From the NCBI GenBank assembly GCA_964016885.1, contig CAXHJY010000607.1, positions 1 through 64,000 on the forward strand: 64,000 bases of DNA, in the 5' to 3' direction. The position numbers and the translations under genes were made by a program. Origin of the DNA: Eledone cirrhosa (taxonomy: Eukaryota). Numbering within the stretch: the first letter of the stretch is position 1; each line of letters opens with the position of its first letter. Below, one piece after another: positions 1 to 12,405 of this stretch. The notes under the pieces were generated by a model. It saw only the letters and a program-made list of their open reading frames with translations, did not search any database and was not told the DNA's origin.

Positions 1-872
1 AGATCGATCCGACCACGGGCGGCCGGCCCGCGATTTTAAAGGTAACTCCGCCGGCAAATCGTCATTTTTGGATTCGTTTTCTTCGAAGCACACCATTCGC
101 CGGCGGACTTTGTTGACGTTTAACACGGTTTGGTTCCACAGCCACAACTATTGATGTTACGGAGATATCTTGCTGGAATTCACGCCGCACATAGCCAATG
201 AGTGTCTGCACATGTACCAGTAATTACAGATCGATCCGACCACGGGCGGCCGGCCCGCGATTTTAAAGGTAACTCCGCCGGCAAATCGTCATTTTTGGAT
301 TCGTTTTCTTCGAAGCACACCATTCGCCGGCGGACTTTGTTGACGTTTAACACGGTTTGGTTCCACAGCCACAACTATTGATTCTACGGAGATATCTTGC
401 TGAAATTCACGCCGCACATAGCCAATGAGTGTCTGCACATGTACCAGTAATTACAGATCGATCCGACCACGGGCGGCCGGCCCGCGATTGAAAAGGTAAC
501 TCCGCCGGCAAATCGTCATTTTTGGATTCGTTTTCTTCGAAGCACACCATTCGCCGGCGGACTTTGTTGACGTTTAACACGGTTTGGTTCCACAGCCACA
601 ACTATTGAATTTACGGAGATATCTTGCTGGAATTCACGCCGCACATAGCCAATGAGTGTCTGCACATGTACCAGTAATTACAGATCGATCCGACCACGGG
701 CGGCCGGCCCGCGATTTTAAAGGTAACTCCGCCGGCAAATCGTCATTTTTGGATTCGTTTTCTTCGAAGCACACCATTCGCCGGCGGACTTTGTTGACGT
801 TTAACACGGTTTGGTTCCACAGCCACAACTATTGAATTTACGGAGATATCTTGCTGAAATTCACGCCACACA

Positions 873-930
873 TAGCCAATGAGTGTCTGCACATGTACCA
901 GTAATTACAGATCGATCCGACCACGGGCGG
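873..930 (+). promoter_or_regulatory. CCAAT box (TAGCCAATGAG) and GC box (GGGCGG) motifs, one set per monomer (example copy)
   Basis: TAGCCAATGAG at 873-883 fits the extended NF-Y consensus YRRCCAATSRG, and GGGCGG lies at 925-930. Function is not demonstrable from sequence. Confidence 0.25.
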
Positions 931-937
931 CCGGCCC

Positions 938-995
938 GCGATTGAAAAGGTAACTCCGCCGGCAAATCGTCATTTTTGGATTCGTTTTCTTCGAA
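938..995 (+). ncRNA. Speculative spliced-leader-like or Sm-class small RNA unit, one per monomer (example copy; 5' end unknown)
   Basis: AAG|GTAACT donor-like motif (GT at 950-951) inside stem GCGATT 938-943 / AATCGY 965-970, then ATTTTTGG at 972-979 and hairpin TTCG-N7-CGAA at 981-995. Motif-level inference only, with no recognised homology. Confidence 0.2.
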
Positions 996-3900
996 GCACA
1001 CCATTCGCCGGCGGACTTTGTTGACGTTTAACACGGTTTGGTTCCACAGCCACAACTATTGATTTTACGGAGATATCTTGCTGAAATTCACGCCGCACAT
1101 AGCCAATGAGTGTCTGCACATGTACCAGTAATTACAGATCGATCCGACCACGGGCGGCCGGCCCGCGATTGAAAAGGTAACTCCGCCGGCAAATCGTCAT
1201 TTTTGGATTCGTTTTCTTCGAAGCACACCATTCGCCGGCGGACTTTGTTGACGTTTAACACGGTTTGGTTCCACAGCCACAACTATTGAATTTACGGAGA
1301 TATCTTGCTGAAATTCACGCCACACATAGCCAATGAGTGTCTGCACATGTACCAGTAATTACAGATCGATCCGACCACGGGCGGCCGGCCCGCGATTGAA
1401 AAGCTAACTCCGCCGGCAAATCGTCATTTTTGGATTCGTTTTCTTCGAAGCACACCATTCGCCGGCGGACTTTGTTGACGTTTAACACGGTTTGGTTCCA
1501 CAGCCACAACTATTGATGTTACGGAGATATCTTGCTGGAATTCACGCCGCACATAGCCAATGAGTGTCTGCACATGTACCAGTAATTACAGATCGATCCG
1601 ACCACGGGCGGCCGGCCCGCGATTTTAAAGGTAACTCCGCCGGCAAATCGTCATTTTTGGATTCGTTTTCTTCGAAGCACACCATTCGCCGGCGGACTTT
1701 GTTGACGTTTAACACGGTTTGGTTCCACAGCCACAACTATTGATTTTACGGAGATATCTTGCTGAAATTCACGCCGCACATAGCCAATGAGTGTCTGCAC
1801 ATGTACCAGTAATTACAGATCGATCCGACCACGGGCGGCCGGCCCGCGATTGAAAAGGTAACTCCGCCGGCAAATCGTCATTTTTGGATTCGTTTTCTTC
1901 GAAGCACACCATTCGCCGGCGGACTTTGTTGACGTTTAACACGGTTTGGTTCCACAGCCACAACTATTGAATTTACGGAGATATCTTGCTGAAATTCACG
2001 CCACACATAGCCAATGAGTGTCTGCACATGTACCAGTAATTACAGATCGATCCGACCACGGGCGGCCGGCCCGCGATTGAAAAGGTAACTCCGCCGGCAA
2101 ATCGTCATTTTTGGATTCGTTTTCTTCGAAGCACACCATTCGCCGGCGGACTTTGTTGACGTTTAACACGGTTTGGTTCCACAGCCACAACTATTTAATT
2201 TACGGAGATATCTTGCTGAAATTCACGCCACACATAGCCAATGAGTGTCTGCACATGTACCAGTAATTACAGATCGATCCGACCACGGGCGGCCGGCCCG
2301 CGATTGAAAAGGTAACTCCGCCGGCAAATCGTCATTTTTGGATTCGTTTTCTTCGAAGCACACCATTCGCCGGCGGACTTTGTTGACGTTTAACACGGTT
2401 TGGTTCCACAGCCACAACTATTGATGTTACGGAGATATCTTGCTGGAATTCACGCCGCACATAGCCAATGAGTGTCTGCACATGTACCAGTAATTACAGA
2501 TCGATCCGACCACGGGCGGCCGGCCCGCGATTTTAAAGGTAACTCCGCCGGCAAATCGTCATTTTTGGATTCGTTTTCTTCGAAGCACACCATTCGCCGG
2601 CGGACTTTGTTGACGTTTAACACGGTTTGGTTCCACAGCCACAACTATTGATTTTACGGAGATATCTTGCTGAAATTCACGCCGCACATAGCCAATGAGT
2701 GTCTGCACATGTACCAGTAATTACAGATCGATCCGACCACGGGCGGCCGGCCCGCGATTGAAAAGGTAACTCCGCCGGCAAATCGTCATTTTTGGATTCG
2801 TTTTCTTCGAAGCACACCATTCGCCGGCGGACTTTGTTGACGTTTAACACGGTTTGGTTCCACAGCCACAACTATTGAATTTACGGAGATATCTTGCTGA
2901 AATTCACGCCACACATAGCCAATGAGTGTCTGCACATGTACCAGTAATTACAGATCGATCCGACCACGGGCGGCCGGCCCGCGATTGAAAAGGTAACTCC
3001 GCCGGCAAATCGTCATTTTTGGATTCGTTTTCTTCGAAACACACCATTCGCCGGCGGACTTTGTTGACGTTTAACACGGTTTGGTTCCACAGCCACAACT
3101 ATTGATGTTACGGAGATATCTTGCTGGAATTCACGCCGCACATAGCCAATGAGTGTCTACACATGTACCAGTAATTACAGATCGATCCGACCACGGGCGG
3201 CCGGCCCGCGATTTTAAAGGTAACTCCGCCGGCAAATCGTCATTTTTGGATTCGTTTTCTTCGAAGCACACCATTCGCCGGCGGACTTTGTTGACGTTTA
3301 ACACGGTTTGGTTCCACAGCCACAACTATTGATTTTACGGAGATATCTTGCTGAAATTCACGCCGCACATAGCCAATGAGTGTCTGCACATGTACCAGTA
3401 ATTACAGATCGATCCGACCACGGGCGGCCGGCCCGCGATTGAAAAGGTAACTCCGCCGGCAAATCGTCATTTTTGGATTCGTTTTCTTCGAAGCACACCA
3501 TTCGCCGGCGGACTTTGTTGACGTTTAACACGGTTTGGTTCCACAGCCACAACTATTGATTTTACGGAGATATCTTGCTGAAATTCACGCCACACATAGC
3601 CAATGAGTGTCTGCACATGTACCAGTAATTACAGATCGATCCGACCACGGGCGGCCGGCCCGCGATTGAAAAGGTAACTCCGCCGGCAAATCGTCATTTT
3701 TGGATTCGTTTTCTTCGAAGCACACCATTCGCCGGCGGACTTTGTTGACGTTTAACACGGTTTGGTTCCACAGCCACAACTATTGATTTTACGGAGATAT
3801 CTTGCTGAAATTCACGCCGCACATAGCCAATGAGTGTCTGCACATGTACCAGTAATTACAGATCGATCCGACCACGGGCGGCCGGCCCGCGATTGAAAAG

Positions 3901-6900
3901 GTAACTCCGCCGGCAAATCGTCATTTTTGGATTCGTTTTCTTCGAAGCACACCATTCGCCGGCGGACTTTGTTGACGTTTAACACGGTTTGGTTCCACAG
4001 CCACAACTATTGAATTTACGGAGATATCTTGCTGAAATTCACGCCACACATAGCCAATGAGTGTCTGCACATGTACCAGTAATTACAGATCGATCCGACC
4101 ACGGGCGGCCGGCCCGCGATTGAAAAGGTAACGCCGCCGGCAAATCGTCATTTTTGGATTCGTTTTCTTCGAAACACACCATTCGCCGGCGGACTTTGTT
4201 GACGTTTAACACGGTTTGGTTCCACAGCCACAACTATTGATTTTACGGAGATATCTTGCTGAAATTCACGCCACCCATAGCCAATGAGTGTCTGCACATG
4301 TACCAGTAATTACAGATCGACCCGACCACGGGCGGCCGGCCCGCGATTGAAAAGGTAACTCCGCCGGCAAATCGTCATTTTTGGATTCGTTTTCTTCGAA
4401 GCACACCATTCGCCGGCGGACGTTGTTGACGTTTAACACGGTTTGGTTCCACAGCCACAACTATTGATTTTACGGAGATATCTTGCTGAAATTCACGCCA
4501 CACATAGCCAATGAGTGTCTGCACATGTACCAGTAATTACAGATCGATCCGACCACGGGCGGCCGGGCCGTGATTGAAAAGGTAACTCCGCCGGCAAATC
4601 GTCATTTTTGGATTCGTTTTCTTCGAAGCACACCATTCGCCGGCGGACTTTGCTGACGTTTAACACGGTTTGGTTCCACAGCCACAACTATTGATTTTAC
4701 GGAGATATCTTGCTGAAATTCACGCCACACATAGCCAATGAGTGTCTGCACATGTACCAGTAATTATAGATCGATCCGACCACGGGCGGCCGGCCCGCGA
4801 TTGAAAAGGTAACTCCGCCGGCAAATCGTCATTTTTGGATTCGTTTTCTTCGAAGCACACCATTCGCCGGCGGACTTTGTTGACGTTTAACACGGTTTGG
4901 TTCCACAGCCACAACTATTGATTTTACGGAGATATCTTGCTGAAATTCACGCCACACATAGCCAATGAGTGTCTGCACATGTACCAGTAATTACAGATCG
5001 ATCCGACCACGGGCGGCCGGCCCGCGATTGAAAAGGTAACTCCGCCGGCAAATCGCCATTTTTGGATTCGTTTTCTTCGAAGCACACCATTCGCCGGCGG
5101 ACTTTGTTGACGTTTAACACGGTTTGGTTCCACAGCCACAACTATTGATTTTACGGAGATATCTTGCTGAAATTCACGCCACCCATAGCCAATGAGTGTC
5201 TGCACATGTACCAGTAATTACAGATCGACCCGACCACGGGCGGCCGGCCCGCGATTGAAAAGGTAACTCCGCCGGCAAATCGTCATTTTTTGATTCGTTT
5301 TCTTCGAAGCACACCATTCGCCGGCGGACTTTGCTGACGTTTAACACGGTTTGGTTCCACAGCCACAACTATTGATTTTACGGAGATATCTTGCTGAAAT
5401 TCACGCCACACATAGCCAATGAGTGTCTGCACATGTACCAGTAATTACAGATCGATCCGACCACGGGCGGCCGGGCCGTGATTGAAAAGGTAACTCCGCC
5501 GGCAAATCGTCATTTTTGGATTCGTTTTCTTCGAAGCACACCATTCGCCGGCGGACTTTGTTGACGTTTAACACGGTTTGGTTCCACAGCCACAACTATT
5601 GATTTTACGGAGATATCTTGCTGAAATTCACGCCACACATAGCCAATGAGTGTCTGCACATGTACCAGTAATTACAGATCGATCCGACCACGGGCGGCCG
5701 GCCCGCGATTGAAAAGGTAACTCCGCCGGCAAATCGTCATTTTTGGATTCGTTTTCTTCGAAGCACACCATTCGCCGGCGGACTTTGCTGACGTTTAACA
5801 CGGTTTGGTTCCACAGCCACAACTATTGATTTTACGGAGATATCTTGCTGAAATTCACGCCACACATAGCCAATGAGTGTCTGCACATGTCCCAGTAATT
5901 ACAGATCGATCCGACCACGGGCGGCCGGGCCGTGATTGAAAAGGTAACTCCGCCGGCAAATCGTCATTTTTGGATTCGTTTTCTTCGAAGCACACCATTC
6001 GCCGGCGGACTTTGTTGACGTTTAACACGGTTTGGTTCCACAGCCACAACTATTGATTTTACGGAGATATCTTGCTGAAATTCACGCCACCCATAGCCAA
6101 TGAGTGTCTGCACATGTACCAGTAATTACAGATCGACCCGACCACGGGCGGCCGGCCCGCGATTGAAAAGGTAACTCCGCCGGCAAATCGCCATTTTTGG
6201 ATTCGTTTTCTTCGAAGCACACCATTCGCCGGCGGACTTTGTTGACGTTTAACACGGTTTGGTTCCACAGCCACAACTATTGATTTTACGGAGATATCTT
6301 GCTGAAATTCACGCCACACATAGCCAATGAGTGTCTGCACATGTACCAGTAATTACAGATCGATCCGACCACGGGCGGCCGGCCCGCGATTGAAAAGGTA
6401 ACTCCGCCGGCAAATCGTCATTTTTGGATTCGTTTTCTTCGAAGCACACCATTCGCCGGCGGACTTTGTTGACGTTTAACACGGTTTGGTTCCACAGCCA
6501 CAACTATTGATTTTACGGAGATATCTTGCTGAAATTCACGCCACACATAGCCAATGAGTGTCTGCACATGTACCAGTAATTATAGATCGATCCGACCACG
6601 GGCGGCCGGCCCGCGATTGAAAAGGTAACTCCGCCGGCAAATCGTCATTTTTGGATTCGTTTTCTTCGAAGCACACCATTCGCCGGCGGACTTTGTTGAC
6701 GTTTAACACGGTTTGGTTCCACAGCCACAACTATTGATTTTACGGAGATATCTTGCTGAAATTCACGCCACACATAGCCAATGAGTGTCTGCACATGTAC
6801 CAGTAATTACAGATCGATCCGACCACGGGCGGCCGGCCCGCGATTGAAAAGGTAACTCCGCCGGCAAATCGCCATTTTTGGATTCGTTTTCTTCGAAGCA

Positions 6901-9713
6901 CACCATTCGCCGGCGGACTTTGTTGACGTTTAACACGGTTTGGTTCCACAGCCACAACTATTGATTTTACCGAGATATCTTGCTGAAATTCACGCCACAC
7001 ATAGCCAATGAGTGTCTGCACATGTACCAGTAATTACAGATCGATCCGACCACGGGCGGCCGGCCCGCGATTGAAAAGGTAACTCCGCCGGCAAATCGCC
7101 ATTTTTGGATTCGTTTTCTTCGAAGCACACCATTCGCCGGCGGACTTTGTTGACGTTTAACACGGTTTGGTTCCACAGCCACAACTATTGATTTTACGGA
7201 GATATCTTGCTGAAATTCACGCCACACATAGCCAATGAGTGTCTGCACATGTACCAGTAATTACAGATCGATCCGACCACGGGCGGCCGGCCCGCGATTG
7301 AAAAGGTAACTCCGCCGGCAAATCGTCATTTTTGGATTCGTTTTCTTCGAAGCACACCATTCGCCGGCGGACTTTGCTGACGTTTAACACGGTTTGGTTC
7401 CACAGCCACAACTATTGATTTTACGGAGATATCTTGCTGAAATTCACGCCACACATAGCCAATGAGTGTCTGCACATGTACCAGTAATTACAGATCGATC
7501 CGACCACGGGCGGCCGGCCCGCGATTGAAAAGGTAACTCCGCCGGCAAATCGTCATTTTTGGATTCGTTTTCTTCGAAGCACACCATTCGCCGGCGGACT
7601 TTGTTGACGTTTAACACGGTTTGGTTCCACAGCCACAACTATTGATTTTACGGAGATATCTTGCTGAAATTCACGCCACACATAGCCAATGAGTGTCTGC
7701 ACATGTACCAGTAATTACAGATCGATCCGACCACGGGCGGCCGGCCCGCGATTGAAAAGGTAACTCCGCCGGCAAATCGCCATTTTTGGATTCGTTTTCT
7801 TCGAAGCACACCATTCGCCGGCGGACTTTGTTGACGTTTAACACGGTTTGGTTCCACAGCCACAACTATTGATTTTACGGAGATATCTTGCTGAAATTCA
7901 CGCCACCCATAGCCAATGAGTGTCTGCACATGTACCAGTAATTACAGATCGACCCGACCACGGGCGGCCGGCCCGCGATTGAAAAGGTAACTCCGCCGGC
8001 AAATCGTCATTTTTGGATTCGTTTTCTTCGAAGCACACCATTCGCCGGCGGACTTTGTTGACGTTTAACACGGTTTGGTTCCACAGCCACAACTATTGAT
8101 TTTACGGAGATATCTTGCTGAAATTCACGCCACACATAGCCAATGAGTGTCTGCACATGTACCAGTAATTACAGATCGATCCGACCACGGGCGGCCGGCC
8201 CGCGATTGAAAAGGTAACTCCGCCGGCAAATCGCCATTTTTGGATTCGTTTTCTTCGAAGCACACCATTCGCCGGCGGACTTTGTTGACGTTTAACACGG
8301 TTTGGTTCCACAGCCACAACTATTGATTTTACGGAGATATCTTGCTGAAATTCACGCCACACATAGCCAATGAGTGTCTGCACATGTACCAGTAATTACA
8401 GATCGATCCGACCACGGGCGGCCGGCCCGCGATTGAAAAGGTAACTCCGCCGGCAAATCGTCATTTTTGGATTCGTTTTCTTCGAAGCACACCATTCGCC
8501 GGCGGACTTTGCTGACGTTTAACACGGTTTGGTTCCACAGCCACAACTATTGATTTTACGGAGATATCTTGCTGAAATTCACGCCACACATAGCCAATGA
8601 GTGTCTGCACATGTACCAGTAATTACAGATCGATCCGACCACGGGCGGCCGGCCCGCGATTGAAAAGGTAACTCCGCCGGCAAATCGTCATTTTTGGATT
8701 CGTTTTCTTCGAAGCACACCATTCGCCGGCGGACTTTGCTGACGTTTAACACGGTTTGGTTCCACAGCCACAACTATTGATTTTACGGAGATATCTTGCT
8801 GAAATTCACGCCACACATAGCCAATGAGTGTCTGCACATGTACCAGTAATTACAGATCGATCCGACCACGGGCGGCCGGCCCGCGATTGAAAAGGTAACT
8901 CCGCCGGCAAATCGTCATTTTTGGATTCGTTTTCTTCGAAGCACACCATTCGCCGGCGGACTTTGTTGACGTTTAACACGGTTTGGTTCCACAGCCACAA
9001 CTATTGATTTTACGGAGATATCTTGCTGAAATTCACGCCACACATAGCCAATGAGTGTCTGCACATGTACCAGTAATTACAGATCGATCCGACCACGGGC
9101 GGCCGGCCCGCGATTGAAAAGGTAACTCCGCCGGCAAATCGTCATTTTTGGATTCGTTTTCTTCGAAGCACACCATTCGCCGGCGGACTTTGTTGACGTT
9201 TAACACGGTTTGGTTCCACAGCCACAACTATTGATTTTACGGAGATATCTTGCTGAAATTCACGCCACACATAGCCAATGAGTGTCTGCACATGTACCAG
9301 TAATTACAGATCGATCCGACCACGGGCGGCCGGCCCGCGATTGAAAAGGTAACTCCGCCGGCAAATCGCCATTTTTGGATTCGTTTTCTTCGAAGCACAC
9401 CATTCGCCGGCGGACTTTGTTGACGTTTAACACGGTTTGGTTCCACAGCCACAACTATTGATTTTACCGAGATATCTTGCTGAAATTCACGCCACACATA
9501 GCCAATGAGTGTCTGCACATGTACCAGTAATTACAGATCGATCCGACCACGGGCGGCCGGCCCGCGATTGAAAAGGTAACTCCGCCGGCAAATCGCCATT
9601 TTTGGATTCGTTTTCTTCGAAGCACACCATTCGCCGGCGGACTTTGTTGACGTTTAACACGGTTTGGTTCCACAGCCACAACTATTGATTTTACGGAGAT
9701 ATCTTGCTGAAAT

Positions 9714-12405
9714 TCACGCCACACATAGCCAATGAGTGTCTGCACATGTACCAGTAATTACAGATCGATCCGACCACGGGCGGCCGGCCCGCGATTGAAA
9801 AGGTAACTCCGCCGGCAAATCGTCATTTTTGGATTCGTTTTCTTCGAAGCACACCATTCGCCGGCGGACTTTGCTGACGTTTAACACGGTTTGGTTCCAC
9901 AGCCACAACTATTGATTTTACGGAGATATCTTGCTGAAATTCACGCCACACATAGCCAATGAGTGTCTGCACATGTACCAGTAATTACAGATCGATCCGA
10001 CCACGGGCGGCCGGCCCGCGATTGAAAAGGTAACTCCGCCGGCAAATCGCCATTTTTGGATTCGTTTTCTTCGAAGCACACCATTCGCCGGCGGACTTTG
10101 TTGACGTTTAACACGGTTTGGTTCCACAGCCACAACTATTGATTTTACGGAGATATCTTGCTGAAATTCACGCCACACATAGCCAATGAGTGTCTGCACA
10201 TGTACCAGTAATTACAGATCGATCCGACCACGGGCGGCCGGCCCGCGATTGAAAAGGTAACTCCGCCGGCAAATCGTCATTTTTGGATTCGTTTTCTTCG
10301 AAGCACACCATTCGCCGGCGGACTTTGCTGACGTTTAACACGGTTTGGTTCCACAGCCACAACTATTGATTTTACGGAGATATCTTGCTGAAATTCACGC
10401 CACACATAGCCAATGAGTGTCTGCACATGTACCAGTAATTACAGATCGATCCGACCACGGGCGGCCGGCCCGCGATTGAAAAGGTAACTCCGCCGGCAAA
10501 TCGTCATTTTTGGATTCGTTTTCTTCGAAGCACACCATTCGCCGGCGGACTTTGTTGACGTTTAACACGGTTTGGTTCCACAGCCACAACTATTGATTTT
10601 ACGGAGATATCTTGCTGAAATTCACGCCACACATAGCCAATGAGTGTCTGCACATGTACCAGTAATTACAGATCGATCCGACCACGGGCGGCCGGCCCGC
10701 GATTGAAAAGGTAACTCCGCCGGCAAATCGTCATTTTTGGATTCGTTTTCTTCGAAGCACACCATTCGCCGGCGGACTTTGTTGACGTTTAACACGGTTT
10801 GGTTCCACAGCCACAACTATTGATTTTACTGAGATATCTTGCTGAAATTCACGCCACACATAGCCAATGAGTGTCTGCACATGTACCAGTAATTACAGAT
10901 CGATCCGACCACGGGCGGCCGGCCCGCGATTGAAAAGGTAACTCCGCCGGCAAATCGCCATTTTTGGATTCGTTTTCTTCGAAGCACACCATTCGCCGGC
11001 GGACTTTGTTGACGTTTAACACGGTTTGGTTCCACAGCCACAACTATTGATTTTACGGAGATATCTTGCTGAAATTCACGCCACACATAGCCAATGAGTG
11101 TCTGCACATGTACCAGTAATTACAGATCGATCCGACCACGGGCGGCCGGCCCGCGATTGAAAAGGTAACTCCGCCGGCAAATCGTCATTTTTGGATTCGT
11201 TTTCTTCGAAGCACACCATTCGCCGGCGGACTTTGCTGACGTTTAACACGGTTTGGTTCCACAGCCACAACTATTGATTTTACGGAGATATCTTGCTGAA
11301 ATTCACGCCACACATAGCCAATGAGTGTCTGCACATGTACCAGTAATTACAGATCGATCCGACCACGGGCGGCCGGCCCGCGATTGAAAAGGTAACTCCG
11401 CCGGCAAATCGCCATTTTTGGATTCGTTTTCTTCGAAGCACACCATTCGCCGGCGGACTTTGTTGACGTTTAACACGGTTTGGTTCCACAGCCACAACTA
11501 TTGATTTTACGGAGATATCTTGCTGAAATTCACGCCACACATAGCCAATGAGTGTCTGCACATGTACCAGTAATTACAGATCGATCCGACCACGGGCGGC
11601 CGGCCCGCGATTGAAAAGGTAACTCCGCCGGCAAATCGTCATTTTTGGATTCGTTTTCTTCGAAGCACACCATTCGCCGGCGGACTTTGCTGACGTTTAA
11701 CACGGTTTGGTTCCACAGCCACAACTATTGATTTTACGGAGATATCTTGCTGAAATTCACGCCACACATAGCCAATGAGTGTCTGCACATGTACCAGTAA
11801 TTACAGATCGATCCGACCACGGGCGGCCGGCCCGCGATTGAAAAGGTAACTCCGCCGGCAAATCGTCATTTTTGGATTCGTTTTCTTCGAAGCACACCAT
11901 TCGCCGGCGGACTTTGTTGACGTTTAACACGGTTTGGTTCCACAGCCACAACTATTGATTTTACGGAGATATCTTGCTGAAATTCACGCCACACATAGCC
12001 AATGAGTGTCTGCACATGTACCAGTAATTACAGATCGATCCGACCACGGGCGGCCGGCCCGCGATTGAAAAGGTAACTCCGCCGGCAAATCGTCATTTTT
12101 GGATTCGTTTTCTTCGAAGCACACCATTCGCCGGCGGACTTTGTTGACGTTTAACACGGTTTGGTTCCACAGCCACAACTATTGATTTTACTGAGATATC
12201 TTGCTGAAATTCACGCCACACATAGCCAATGAGTGTCTGCACATGTACCAGTAATTACAGATCGATCCGACCACGGGCGGCCGGCCCGCGATTGAAAAGG
12301 TAACTCCGCCGGCAAATCGCCATTTTTGGATTCGTTTTCTTCGAAGCACACCATTCGCCGGCGGACTTTGTTGACGTTTAACACGGTTTGGTTCCACAGC
12401 CACAA
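9714..12405. repeat. 6-monomer (1362-bp) higher-order repeat, two copies
   Basis: The variant order of units at 9714-11043 is repeated at 11076-12405, including the TTTTACTGAG marker at 10830 and 12192. Confidence 0.8.

Larger units (their letters stand above)
1..4030. repeat. Left-end monomer subfamily with irregular 2- to 4-mer higher-order pattern
   Basis: Private variants GCCGCAC (monomer position 187 G), CGATTTTAAAGG, CTGGAATTC (EcoRI), GATGTTAC and GAATTTAC occur only here. Marked units correspond to ORFs at 180, 634, 1542, 2450 and 3131 (spacings of 2, 4, 4, 3 monomers). Confidence 0.9.

Noticed and set aside
72-88. CENP-B-box-like motif ATTCGTTTTCTTCGAAG
   Set aside because: It matches only 6 of the 9 essential bases of TTCGnnnnAnnCGGG, lacking the A and the final GG.
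1-227. tRNA, 5S rRNA or U snRNA gene repeat
   Set aside because: I found no cloverleaf or convincing A/B boxes and no recognisable 5S or U1-U6 sequence. GGTTCCACAGCC is only loosely T-arm-like. An Rfam search was not possible here.
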